DNA from: Camelus ferus
Taxonomy: Eukaryota
Reading direction: 5' to 3'
DNA: 64,000 bases
Assembly: GCF_009834535.1 (NCBI RefSeq)
Contig: NC_045696.1
Location: forward strand, 89,840,001 to 89,904,000
The position numbers and the translations under genes are program-made. Below, piece after piece: positions 13,314 to 26,114 of the stretch. Position 1 is the first letter of the stretch; every line of letters begins with the position of its first letter. Below the pieces are notes generated by a model that saw nothing but the letters and a program-made list of their open reading frames with translations, did not search any database and had not been told where the DNA came from.

Positions 13314-13464
13314 CTCTTCCCCTTCCTTCCTTCCTCTTTTCTTTGTTTCTCTTCCTCTCCTTTGAATGGAGGAAGGTGGTGGTGATGATGAAGGAGAAGA
13401 CACAGTGGAAGGAAGAAGGGAAGGCGGGATGAAGGGAGAGATGGAGGGAGAGATGGAAGGGGAA
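13314..13464. repeat. Low-complexity pyrimidine tract followed by purine (GGA-rich) tract
   Basis: (CCTT/CT)-rich 13314-13362 and GGA/GAA-rich 13368-13464. Confidence 0.8.
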
Positions 13465-13609
13465 CCACTGCCCAGAAAAACCCAGGCCAAACTGCAAGAG
13501 ACACTGAATATTGTAAAGAATGAAACTTTCTCATCCAGTTTCAGGTTTCTAGCTCAGTTAAACTATTAAACCCAAGACAGGAAGATGATCTGGTACTTTC
13601 TCTGTGTGA

Positions 13610-14810
13610 TCTAGTCATATGACTTTAAATACCACCTCCATGCCAAGAACTCTCAATGCATCTCTCTAGCCCATACTTCTCCCCCAAATCTGCAAGGATA
13701 TCTTGCATTCAGTATGTGCTAACCATCTCTCCCCAAATATATTATACCCATGCCTTCTGCTAATTCATTTGATAGGAATTCCAGCCTCTCAGTTCCTCAG
13801 GCCAAAAATAAATGGAGTTGTTTTTTAATATCTTTAAAAAAAAAAAAAACACAACCCACATCCAAACTTTTAGAGAATCATGTTGGACCTACCTTAAAAA
13901 TATATCCAGAATCAAACTTTTCTGACTTCCATTGCTAATATCGTGGTCCTTACCACCTCATTTCTCTTCGGGGGTACTACAATTGATTCCCTGCATCCCC
14001 AGTGCTTCCTACAACCAATTTGCAAACAACTTTCCAAGGAGGAGGGTATAGCTCAGGGGTAGAATGTGTGCTTAGTATGCATGAGGTCCTGGGTTCAATC
14101 CCCAGTACCTCCATTAAAAAAATAATAATTTAAATAAATAAATAAATAAATAAATAAATCTAATTACCTCCCCCCACAAAAAATTAATTAATTTAAAAAA
14201 ACAAAAAAACACCACTTTCCAGAGAGATCCTTCTACGATGTAAGTTAGGTCAAGTAATGCCTCTTCTCAAAGCCCTGCAATGGTTCCTCTCTCCTTCAGA
14301 GTGAAAGCTAGGTACTTCATAATGGTCTACGTGGTCCCACGTGCTCTTAAACCCCATCCCCCAATAACTTTTATGATCTCATCTCCTACTCCCTTGCTGT
14401 CTCTCCTCCAGCTAATCTGTCCTTCTTCCTCTTCCTTAAACACTTTGGGCACGCTCCTACCTCAGGATCTCTGCACTGCAGATGTCTTCTGCCTGGAATG
14501 CTCTTTCTCCAGATAACTTCATGACCAATCCTCTCACCTTTATCAAGTAAATGTCACCTCTTCTAAAAATAAATCATTTAAATAGTAACTCTACCCTCCT
14601 CCACTTTATTTCACTTGACTTATTCTTTTTTCCATATCATTCTTCACTTTCTAATATGCCACTTAATATACTTATTTATTATATTAATGGTTTTTGATTT
14701 GTCTCCACGAGCTGGACTATAAGTTCTATTAGGACAAGTATTTTTGTTTCTCCTCCAAATCACCAGCATTGTGTACCACATCCTGGTTTAAAAATAAGTG
14801 GTCAGTGAAA
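13610..14810 (+). mobile_element. L2a-like fragment interrupted by a SINE
   Basis: L2 motifs caggccaaaaa, aaaatatatccagaatc, ctacctcagg...tgcctggaatgctcttt; continuous on both sides of the SINE. Confidence 0.8.
14038..14212 (+). mobile_element. Camelid vic-1-type tRNA-derived SINE
   Basis: tRNA-like head ggagggtatagctcaggggtaga (A box)...gggttcaatccc (B box), then (TAAA)n, ctaattacctccccc and an A tail. TSD core actttcca on both sides. Confidence 0.9.
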
Positions 14811-15049
14811 GACTGTGGAATAATATTTGGCTCTGTTGGTGATAGAAAGCTAATGATGCCCTGTAGAGGAAAAACCCAATGCCGAAAGCATTTATGAGAA
14901 CATAATCCTGATATAATAAAGAATGAAGAGAAAGCACATGCTTCACTAAAATGAATTCCATCTCCAATCGAATCTGCGCTTAGCTTTCTTTTGATGGCCT
15001 GGTCTAGGTGCACTTTTATAATAACTTGTCATAGCTCAAAACCTAAACC

Positions 15050-15290
15050 AGAAAAAAAAAATACATACTGAATAACCCCATTTACATGACATTCTGAGAA
15101 GGGCAGCACTATAGGAGAACAGATCAGTGATTACCAGGAGTGAGGGAGAAGTGAGGACTCTGACTACAGAAGGTCGTAGAACTGGTCTGGTTTTTGTTTG
15201 TCATGGTGGTCACAAGATCTCTGCATTTGTTAAAACTCACAGAACTATGCACTAGAAAATGTAAATACCATTGTATGTAAATTTTTAAAA
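15050..15290 (+). mobile_element. Old L1 (L1MD/L1ME-like) 3' fragment
   Basis: catactgaataaccccatttacatgacattct...cagatcagtgattaccagg...catttgttaaaactcacagaact. Confidence 0.7.
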
Positions 15291-15934
15291 TGACATTCCC
15301 CCTTTACAAGATACTGCTGATGCTCTGCTAAAATCTAAGCTGTAAGGCTACATGCTCATAAATTTGAAAGAAAATAGAAGCTTAATGGTCCCGGGGGCTC
15401 TCTGTGATGTTTTCATTGTGCATCTTTCGACAAGCAGGGGGTGCTCCTCTGGGTCTAGATATTTACATTTGTCCAGTCATGCACTATTTGGCAGTGAAAA
15501 CTTCTCGTATGTGCTTGCTCCAAGGTGTCATTTATTACACCCACCCTGGCCTGTCACCTCCGTGTTTGTGCTGTCAGCTAACAAAGGAACTGCACAATAG
15601 TCACACCTATGAGTTCTTATTTTTACAACAGGCTTGCTGTTCACAACAACTGCGTGAGGCTAGATCTCCTTTCCCTTTATAAGACTTACCAACTCATGAA
15701 TCAGATGACTTGTTCTTTCACAGAAGGACATATTTTCTTAGAGAAGCTTTCAGTCCTTTGATTATCAGTGTAAAGAATAAGCTTCTTTCTGACTCTGACC
15801 ATCCCTACTCCACACCCACCTTGCATTTTTATTCTACTCTAATTCCCAGTTGTTCACTTTCAAATAAACTCTATCTTGGAAACTTTAAGGTTATCACATG
15901 ACTTATTTTAATAATGCCTTATCTTTAATTTGTA

Positions 15935-16120
15935 ATCTTATAGTTTACCATACACTTTTATCTGTACGGCATCTTTTAATTTTCATAGTAATCAACTAAG
16001 TTGACCGGCAGGTAGCATCATTTCCATTTAAATAATAAAGACACAGAGGTTCAAGTTGGTTAAGGAACTTTCTCAAGGTCATATGACCCATCAGAGGTGG
16101 GGAGGACTAGATTAGATTCA
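15935..16120 (-). mobile_element. MIR SINE
   Basis: acagaggttcaagttggttaaggaactttctcaaggtcatatgac. Confidence 0.6.
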
Positions 16121-17699
16121 TTCCTGTTCTATGTAAGGGACCAGTAATCCTCATTTCTCTCATGAAAAATGAATTCTCATTCCATCTTATGTGACCCTGA
16201 AACCTATCAGCATATAATCACGTTCCTTTTTGCCTTGTCCTTTAAAAGATTGATGAGCACTAAGTTATGTAGACATTTGACTCAAACATCATATGAAATT
16301 CCATGTGCACTTCAACTCACGATACCATGCTTGCATTTTTACTTCCCCTATCAAGGGACCCTTTCATAAGCATACCTTAGTATCTGTTAGTCACCTATCT
16401 CTCACCTATCTTCTAGGCTGCCTTGTGGATTTTTCATATATTGCACAATTTTAAGCCTATATGAGATACCAACTGTAGTTCCACCCGATTTTTAAGCACC
16501 TGTTTCTGGTACATGTCTTTGACTCTCTGTGAAGTATTTGCCTGGGAAGCTTAAAAGTCAACAAAGTTCTCACTGAAGCAGTTTCATCAATAACAGGCTG
16601 GCTCTTTTGGAGAAATGCAGACTGTGTTGGAACCTTGGGTCTCTCACTGGCCCCTTGGAGCCCCTGCCTTGCAGGGAGGTGGTTCCTGTCATAGACAGGT
16701 CTTCCATTAGGCAAGGCTGTGACTCTGCACCTCAGGCCTGCACTCCACACTCCAGCCACCTCTACTACTTGCCATTTTCCCATCACGCTGCACAGTTTAG
16801 CCTTTACATAGGCTGTTCCCTCTGTCTGGATTGCCTTCCTCTCCTACTGGTCCTGGGAACTTGCCAGAGACCTCCATCCACCTTTATGGGGGGTTCCCAT
16901 ATAGATACTGGGTATAATAAAAGACGGTGGAGCAGCCAGGCATGTCCAACAGAAATCTCCCAGCTGCCTGCCCCCACCTCCTCGTCTCCCTCTCCTTAGA
17001 CTCTGTGTTTGCTTTCATGACAGCCACTGCTGGTTCCTGGTTTTGTACCTAAATCAATCTCCTTCTAACTCTGCCCTTTGGTTGCTATTCATGTACCAAC
17101 ATTCCCCAGGTACCAAGTCTGATCCTTTGAATTCTGGTTTAAATACCAGTACTCCCACCCTCCCACACGTGGAAGCTTACCCCTGTGCCTAACCCCAGGG
17201 GGCAGAACCAGCTGCTCTTCACCTGATCTTCTATGACTATGACCGCATGCCCATCAGCCCTCACAGCGCTCTCGCGTTCTCCCCCAGTGCATTATACCAT
17301 GTGGCCCTCCTGGAAGGTCAGATTCCAATGGTCATGGCTATGTTTTATAATCCATGCTCTCACTACATCTCGAGGATAGTACCTGGTGCTCAGCAAACTC
17401 TCAGTATATGTTTATTGCTTCAGTAAATAAGTAAAGACTATTTATTCCTTCTTAACAGGATGCTATGCATATTAATATAATAGAGAGGAAAAAAACCTCA
17501 ATGAAATAAAAATGTTGACTCCAAAATCAGGATGAATGAAACACTTTCAGAAAATCCCCCATTAGAATTCATCCATACCCTTTGGTTAGATATTTGAGTC
17601 ATCCTAGTCTACATAGTCATTTTTCCCCAGAAACAATCTGTTCCTGTCCTCTCATTGATAAAACTCACCTGAGTCTGTCTTGACTGGGCGTCCAGCTCA

Positions 17700-17730
17700 T
17701 GTGTGTGTTTGTGTGTGTGTATATGTGTGC
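17700..17730. repeat. Imperfect (TG)n microsatellite
   Basis: Direct reading. Confidence 0.8.
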
Positions 17731-19087
17731 AGATTTTGTGCCAAATTCATCCTCTGAAAAATACACATCTCCCTAGAATTTCAGTTTTATCATTAATAGT
17801 GAAATGAATAAGAAAAAAGAGCTTTCTCCTTAGTCTGCGCTGTGTTCTCACATGTGGACATTTGATAATATCTTCCTAGTTTCTGTGAGGTCTCTCTCCT
17901 GAACTTAGATGTTCTCCACTTTATTTTCATAACAAAACCCATCATTGTGAGACAGTGAAACATTATGAATACAAGTGATATTCAAATACAGGAAGGCTAT
18001 CTCTCCATCTCGAAACAAGTCTCTTTCTCTCTCTTTTAAAAACTCATTCTACAAATTTGTGTTAAGGTGTTTTATCTGAAATTTGATCTTACCCAATTCA
18101 AATAATGGGAATGCAGTGAAATTATGGAAAAGGAACACATAAAACCAGGTTGGTTGTTCAGATTTATTTGCCTTTAGATATTCAATTTGGTTTAAAAGAA
18201 TTGAATTCATTTGCCATGTTCTCTTTGGGAAGAATTGTGAGGAGTATAATTTAGAACTGTTCTCTCTTTGGCGTAGCCTCTGCCAGACAGAAAGGGGGCT
18301 CACGATGCATGTTTCTGCTATAATGAAGGCTCTGTTCTATCTGTCTGCCTCCTTGTGAATTGTTCCTCCAGACAGAAAGTTAAAAACTGTAATGAGTCAA
18401 AATTCTCCCAGGGTCCAAAGTGCTTATAGGGAGTAAATGAGGCATTTTGGATGCTTAACTCTTTCAGAACCCAAGATGTATCTTTTTAAAAGTTGCTGAT
18501 AGTTCAGGAAGCCGGATTCCACTGTCAAAGTGTTCTAGTTAGCTAATGAGGAGTAGTTAAGCTCAGGATCTCTTCAGACCATTTTTCTTCCCCATATGAA
18601 AATGCCAAGTCCAAATTCAAGCAACAAAATCAAATTTTTATCAGTTTTATCAATCTACTACTCTCAAGATAGAATTAGCAACAGAGACTTGCTAAATAGC
18701 AGACCACTTCCAAAACAAAACAAAAATTGCACCAAAACCTGAGCATGGATCTCCCATTCTGAGGGAATTAACTATGGCTTCATTGCGACAGAGGGCAGTC
18801 TGGCAGGGCCAAGGACACATGGTAGAGTGCGTATATGGAGATTTTTCATGGCCTGCAAGAACACATTCCAAATATAGCATAGGACTAAACAATTAAAAAA
18901 AACCCTCAACTTTAAAAGGAATTTTTTTTGATGAATAGAACTGGCATTCACCAAAGAATTCCGAATTAAACTATCAATTCCAATTTCTAAAATAAAGTAG
19001 TGGGGAAAAAAATGACTTCATGAAGCAGTAGTAAAAAGAGTAGTCTCCTGACCCATTAAGGTTTATAATCTCCCTAAAGAAATCCTA

Positions 19088-19188
19088 TTTTTTTTTCAGG
19101 GGAGAGGTAATTAGGTTTATTTATTTAGTTGGTTTTTCGATGGAGGTACCTGAACTCAGGTCTATCACTTGAGCTAAACCCTCCCCAC
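19088..19188 (-). mobile_element. vic-1-type SINE with internal deletions
   Basis: Minus strand reads ggggagggtttagctcaagtgataga-cctgagttca-ggtacctcca...taaataaataaacctaattacctctcccc-polyA. TSD aagaaatccta (19077-19087) / aagaaattcta (19189-19199). Confidence 0.85.
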
Positions 19189-19785
19189 AAGAAATTCTAA
19201 TTTAAATTGTCCAGGTCAAATTTATCCTCATCTGGAAAAATATAGCAAGGTGGGAAATGGCAGGGATTTGGTAATGGGGATGAATGGTGGGTGGGTGAGG
19301 GTGTTGAGGGTGGGCTGGAGGGTTGCAGAGAAGAGAGGTCAGGAAGGATCAGGATTATTATGAGTAGGGAATGGAGAAACACTTTCTTCAAGAAAGCGAA
19401 TGTAATTTTGAGTCCAGGATAAATACTGAGTACCAGAAATGTAATAGATGCTTATCAAGTTTCTATTTCATGCATCTGAGGAAATTGATTTTCAGATTTC
19501 TGAGTACATAGCTATCTGATCTTATATAATGTCACCTTCCTGTGCACTAATGACTAAGATAAATGTCCTCAGCACCGGCTGTTTTGATCTAGTCATTTCC
19601 TTGTTTTTGCCCTGACATGGTAATGGTGTTGGAGGATTCAGTGCAAGAGAGATGCTGTGTTGGGATGAGTGTCATTGATTTATATCCTCTGACAGACCTC
19701 TAGGGAGTAAATTATTAGGTCTCTTTTCATCCTTTTAGAGGGCTTGTTCAGTTTCTTTAAACTCTTCCCCACTAAATACAACACT

Positions 19786-19821
19786 GCATGTGTGTGTGCA
19801 TGTGTGTCTGTGTGTGTGTGT
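19786..19821. repeat. Imperfect (TG)n microsatellite
   Basis: Direct reading. Confidence 0.85.
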
Positions 19822-22114
19822 CTAAAAGCATCTAGTTCACACTACCCAGCCTGTTTTGTTGTAATGTCTGCAGGATGGGACAACTCCAGAGAGCTGCTGA
19901 TGTGACCCAAAGCCCCCCTTACCTGTAAGCTGGAGACAACTTGGCAGATCTGGTGGACTTGCAAATGCTTTGTCAATAAACACAGCCAAAAGTTCAGTCT
20001 ATCCTTGGGAGGAAACAGATTCAGCCTTGCCAATCTGTTTACATTTAGCACATTAGCAGGATAGAAAAGGCAAGAAATTCTTGCAATAGAATCCATTTCT
20101 TTCCGTGGTTCCTCTCTTTCAATATTGCCACGCAGAATCAAAATAGAGTCTTATTTGCAGTTTCCTTCCTAACACAGTTCTGGTACTAGACGTGGAATAA
20201 ATGCTACAAGATCGTTTCTTATAAATCGCTATTGTATTTCCCATGCATAAAGTTTTTAAAAATGCTAACTGTACTAGTTCTTTTAGTAAAGTTTTTCCTT
20301 TTACCTCCACCAGATTTAAAAGTGAGAGCTTCCCTGATATCAATCGTCCTTCTACTTAATGTTAACTCGCCATTTAAGCTACGCTCACCGTACTTTTCCT
20401 CTGGAGAACAATCACTTTACATTCTTCAAATTCCCAATAAGAAGAATGTTATAGAAGTCTGGTTTACAAAATTTACAACCTGAAACGAAGCTTTTTTTTT
20501 CCTTTCCCAAAATGGCCATTGAGAAACTTCAGCTACATTTTTCTGAAAGAGAATATGCACTGCCTCTCTCCATAATGTTCAGGGGGAAACGCCTGTGAAT
20601 TAATGCAGTGATGAATTTTACAGATATAGCCTCTACATATATAGTAACAGGATGTTTCTAATTAGGATGCAGCAAGACTCTCAAACACAAAATTGTTATT
20701 TTATATTAAGAGCCAGAATTAGAATAACTTGTGTTAAAGATTACACTAACTGTAGCACCAACCCATTTTTTCTGTGTATTTTCAGTAAAAACTGTCTAAA
20801 TTAATTTTTTTAGAGAGTAATGAAATTATGGAGTGAATCTAGTTCAAATAACAGATTTGTTTTAGTGTGGTAAGTCAGTGAGTAAGAGAATTTTTCATTC
20901 AGTTTTGTTGTTGTTGTTTAGAAGTTCATGGGAAAGGAAAACACAAATAAAAATTTAAAATAACTCTACTGGTAACTGTTTGTTTTCATAAAATTCAATT
21001 CACTAGGAAATGAAACAATCTGTAACCTTTAGATTCACTGTTAAACTAGTAAATTATCCTAAATTAAATCAATGAAGTAGACAACAAACATTTATTGAAC
21101 GCCTACTTTGTGAATAGAAGGGTAGAAAACAGTGTTTAATGGAATTGATGTTGCATTTCTTCTGGATAAAAACTTCCTACAGATCCCTTGTTGTGGTTTT
21201 AGTTTACCAGGTAGAAGATAAATAGATACATTGGGTGTGGAGAGTCTATTTTAGTAAGTCAAAGACTCCCTTGATGAAGAAAATGCTAAGATATCTGTAC
21301 TTAATTAAGCTCTTTTTTTTTTCAACTCTATTTTCTTTGTTATCACAGGAAGAATGAAGTAAGCAATAATAATATCTTAGACCCACACAGCCAGACATTT
21401 TCAGCCCGGCTTCTTCCTCCCACTTTGTTGCACATGAAGATAAAAATAAGTTTTGTAGGTTTATGCAAACTTCTCTCCTTAGCGTTTATGTGATAAGTCA
21501 GAATCTGCTCAGGTATTCTAATTTCTGCCTTATTCTTTCCTTTGATTCTTTAAGAACCGAGTATGAACTACCAGTGGAAAAACAAAACTATGTCTAACAA
21601 AAACTTCCAAAGTTTAGATTCTGCTTGTCACATAGTAACTTCTATTCTGTTAGCAGAGAATCAGCCAGAGTGTGTCTGAGCTATCTTGTACTTAATCACT
21701 TACGCCTGCTCAAATGTATGGGGACAGTTAGCTGAATTTGTAATTGAGCCCTGAAAACTGGACTACAGGTATTGACTTGGAATGACCAGCCCACATTTAA
21801 TGGCAACCTTTAGAATTAAAAGGGGTAAACAGATGGTCTCCCTCCCTTCAAGTTGCTTCTTCTATCCTGCTTAAGTGTTCTGTTTCCCAACACCTCATCT
21901 ACCACCTCCACGATCTTTGTTATGACTGTGCACCACCAGAATTTTTGCTTATGCACTATGTTTCTTTAAATTGGCTCTTTTACAAAACTCAAACACCCAG
22001 GTTGCCTTTATCTGAAGCAATCTCTCTGAAATCATGGTTTTGATGTGTTCACTTTTTACCATCATGTTAAAGTAAGAATAGAACTATTAGAAATGCTCAT
22101 CTCCTAACAAAGTT

Positions 22115-22498
22115 AGGGGAGAGGGAATAGAGGGGTGGTTGTCCGGACTTAGGGAGGGGGAGAGAGAGACAGGTGGCTATGGCTATAAACAGTGACAGGA
22201 GGAAGCCTTGTGATCGAACTGGTGTGGATCCTGATTGTGATGGCTGCACAAATCTGCGTGTGGTAAAACTGCATAGATGAAGTGTGCGTGCACACACACA
22301 CACACACACACTGTTTGTAAAACTGGTGAAGTCTGAGTAAAATCAGTGGTTGTATCCTTGTCAGCTTCCTAGTTGTGCTATTACACTACAGGTATACACG
22401 ATGCTACCCCTGGGAAAACTAGATGAAGAGTATACGGGATCTCTCTGTATTATTTCTTACAACCACATGTGATCTACACTTATGTCAAAAAAATTTTT
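22115..22498 (+). mobile_element. L1MD-like 3' UTR fragment containing (CA)n
   Basis: ggtggctatggctataaa...aaaactgcataga...(CA)n...aaaactggtgaagtctgagtaa...ggatctctctgtattatttcttacaac. Confidence 0.8.
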
Positions 22499-22663
22499 AA
22501 TACAGGTGCCCCATTAAATCTGAATTTCAGTAAGCAATGGGTAATTTTTTAGTATAAGTATGTGCCAGGCAATATTTGGGAGATATTTATACAAAAGAAA
22601 TAGTTGTTATCTATCTGAGATTTGAGTTTGGCTGGGAAACCTATATTTTATCTGGCAACCCTA
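22499..22663 (+). mobile_element. MER53-like palindromic hAT element (one end missing)
   Basis: aatacagg...ttaaatctgaatttcag...ttttttagtataagtatgt...ttttatctggcaacccta. Confidence 0.8.
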
Positions 22664-23584
22664 CATTTAACTTAAGACTTCAATTGAAAGAAGAAGCTAG
22701 CTGTGTAGACAGAAGGCAGAAAAGTGTTATAGGCAGAGGAAATCACATGTGCAAAGGGCCTGGGGTAAGAGAGCACTGGGTATATTTAAGGAACTGAAGG
22801 TAGCCTTGTGAGCAAGGTGGGAAACAGAGCAAGATGAGACATGATAAGAACCTGCGGCTCCTGTGGTATGGCTCCAAAACAGGGTAGGGATGTGATAACT
22901 GTCATGTCTGCGTCAGACCCAAAGTCCCTTAACGAAGAAGCAAGGAGGCCGTTTGGACTCAGATGAGGCAAGGCTTGGCCAGCTACTGGGAAAATATCTT
23001 TTATTTGTCCATGTCTTTTCAACAGTGAGAGTAAAAAACAAATAAATATATCAGTAAATTTAAAAAAAAATTCTCATCTCAGTAGCTCACAAACTTATCC
23101 AGTGTACTGGTCATAGTCTGCATCTCCCACACTGTTGGAGACAATGGATGAGTTTGCCTCACTCTGCCCTGGAAAAGTTGTGTAATCTGTAGCTCCTCCC
23201 TTCAGGTCTAAGGGTTCAGCTTCCCTCTTTTATAGTAGGGGTCTGACAAACTCTAAAGTTCCTCCCAGATCCTGTGGTCTATGATTTCTCTACCCATTTT
23301 TCTGTGCATTCAGTGTACTGTAAACTGGGTCTAAACCAATAGGAGATATTACAACACAACTGATGCAAAAAGTTATCTTTCACTTTCACCTCCTACTCAC
23401 TAATGTGCACCACGGCATGCATCAGTTGCTACAGCAGTAGTATTAAAAATGATCTAAGTCCTACAGTTACTCTGTGGTACTTATGCCATCACAGACACAG
23501 GATGTCGATCATTTCCGCCCCCCTCCCTGAAAACCCCAAAGCATCAGCAGTTATGTGTTGGATTATTGCAAGAATAAATGGTAT

Positions 23585-23720
23585 GTGCTGGGGAAAGACT
23601 GGGATTCAGAAGATCTGGGTTTGATTCCTGGCTCTGTCACACACCAGCCACAAGAATTCGGGTAAATCATTCACCTTCAAACACTGGCTTCCTCGTCTGT
23701 AAAATGGGCATATTCATCTG
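23585..23720 (+). mobile_element. MIR SINE
   Basis: gatctgggtttgattcctggctctgtcac...ttcctcgtctgtaaaatggg. Confidence 0.7.
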
Positions 23721-24399
23721 CACAGCTGACTCACTGGGAAACTGCAGTGTTGCCTGGGTAGTCATACACAAATGGGAGGCAAGATTACCACCAGTCTGTA
23801 CCTCCTCAGCCCTACAGAGCTGGAAGAGCAGGAAGGGCTCAGGAACTGTTCACAGCAAAGCTGATACCTCAATTCCTCCAATAGTTTTCTGAGAGTCCTT
23901 ATTGGGTCCCTAAAGAGCTGGCACAATGCTTTACTTACTTAGAGACCTAATTTTGCAATACTGTACAGGTATATTTCAAAATTTTCGTATCTTTATATTA
24001 GGTACTTTTTCTTAGTCAATTTATGGATTTTGTTTCTTAAAAAATGAAAATAACCTTGAACATATTCATCAATTTCTTCCTGACAAATTTCAGATAAAAA
24101 CATCAGGCCATCTTACTATTACTCTTTGAAAGTAAACATGTAAAATATCAAGTTCACTGTAAGGAAACATCCATCTTCCCCAATTACTTTTTCCCCATCA
24201 CTATTTTTAGTTAAAAGTGAGAAAAATCAAAGCAGACTATCAAGTTTAATAGTCCCAATTTTACACTTTGGGATAAATAATTACAATACAGTCAAACCCT
24301 TTTTACTATACAATCTCCGATTTCACACAAAAAAACTTTCCACAAAAATCGCATAAATTCATTTATAGAAAAAAAGAATACAGCTTATACCACGTGAGA

Positions 24400-24780
24400 T
24401 ATTGTATCCTGACAGAACAAACGTGAGTTTTGAAGTCAAAAGGAGCTAGGTTTTAACCTCAACTTTCCCACTTTCTTGTTTCTCTCTTTCAGTTTCCTAA
24501 CCTTGCAGAGTTGCTGTGAGGTTAAAACGGGATGAGATGAAACGCACTGATATACGTAAAGCATCTGTAAATAGCAGCTATTAAGTGGCAGTGAGGTGTG
24601 ATCGAGAGGCTGGACTCTGGAATCCAGAAGAGCTTTATCTGGATGCAGTATAGTACCTACTAGGCGAGCACTCTCAGACAGGTCAGTTTAGCCTTCAGAC
24701 TTCCTTGCTTTGCTGTAAAACAGAGTAATAATACTTGCAGAATTTTGAAGATTACTGAGTAATTAGGACACAGAAAGCAC
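24400..24780 (+). mobile_element. Two adjacent MIR fragments
   Basis: Two degenerate MIR 5'-core units, ~24400-24580 and ~24585-24780. Confidence 0.55.
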
Positions 24781-24809
24781 GTCCTCTATGAGCTTTACAC
24801 ACAGCGTGG

Positions 24810-24985
24810 CCACACTACAGTCTATTCACCTTGCTGCCAACAAGCATTTGGCTCATTTACGGTTTGAAGCTATTACAAAAAGTGCTGCTACAAACATTTC
24901 CATAAATGTCTTTTGCCGCACATGTTATGCACTTCTGCTAAGTGCACACCTAGGAGTAGGACTGCTGGGTCAAAAGGCATGTGAA
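24810..24985 (-). mobile_element. Old L1 (L1ME-like) internal fragment
   Basis: catttggctcatttacggtttgaagctattacaaaaagtgctgctacaaacatt...cctaggagtaggactgctgggtca, antisense ORF2 3' region. Confidence 0.7.
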
Positions 24986-26114
24986 GCGCAGTGAGGGCAC
25001 ACAGTGGGTGGTCATTAAATGATGGCTAGCAGTATCATTTGATAATCGTGTTCCGACCTCCCTGGTTGACAAAATGGCAAGATTACTTTTAAAAAATGTG
25101 CAGATACTTAGTGGGGGAGGGGGTGACAATGTCATATTTATGTCCCTGCAACATTACGGTTCTCAAGTTTACTCTATGACCAAGCAACCTAAAATAACAA
25201 AGCAACAAGTAAGTAAGCGAGTAAATATCACAGGGCTCAGCCCACCAGCCCCATCTCTCTCATTCTGACACACAGAGGGTCCTTTTTGGAGGACACGTGA
25301 GCTTTAGACAACAGTGGGCCGTTCTCAGTGAACAGTATTACAGCCAGGTGTGTGCTGGCAAAGGAAGTTTAAGTTACACAGCTTTGTCAGTACATAAACT
25401 TGGGTGTCTTAAAGCATCCTCCAAGAAATTAGTTCTTTCTTGGTGTCTACATGATGCCAAAATCTGACATACAAAAGCAAAACTATGAAGGCAAACTGGC
25501 TGACTGACGTTCTATCTATAGATTTTACTGTTGTGCTGATTTACATTAAAAAACAAAAACATCTTAGTAAAATCAGTGCAGCATGTGGAGGCAGCCTCAC
25601 CCAGCATTCTTACCATTTTTTTTTTTTCTTGACAATCTGAAAATCTCCTTACTTTGAGGGCCAAGCACTATTTCATGGAATCACTTAAATGCCTACAGGA
25701 AAAGGACCAGTGCTCACAGAGTCAAAGAGAAAAGGTGGCGGAGATGCTTTGGCTGCCAACACTACTGCTTAGTTTTGGAAGAATCAGTCTTCTAGAAAGT
25801 TAGAACTGAGCCTTTTCTGGGCTGTCATCTTTAAGCCTAACCCTCTGTTTAAGTATAAGGAAAATGGGCTTCAGAGGTGTGAACTACTGACCCAAAGACC
25901 CCAGTAGGTGACAGAGCTGAGACTAGAGCCCAGGTGCCCTGACCCCCAGGCTGTTATTCCCTCTATTAAATCACACATAGATGTGTATATGTGTACAGAT
26001 GCCATATGCGTATAATGCGTATGTGCATATACATCACATGTCTATGATAGAGGCCATTTAGTAAAGTCTGGACAGGTGGGTAGTAACTACGACAATAAAA
26101 CAAGAACCGTCTTC

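Noticed and set aside
13366..13569. Acidic Glu/Gly-rich ORF
   Set aside because: Translation of a GGA-rich low-complexity tract.
14038..14112. tRNA-like sequence
   Set aside because: It is the head of a SINE, followed by the SINE body, A tail and TSD; not a tRNA gene.
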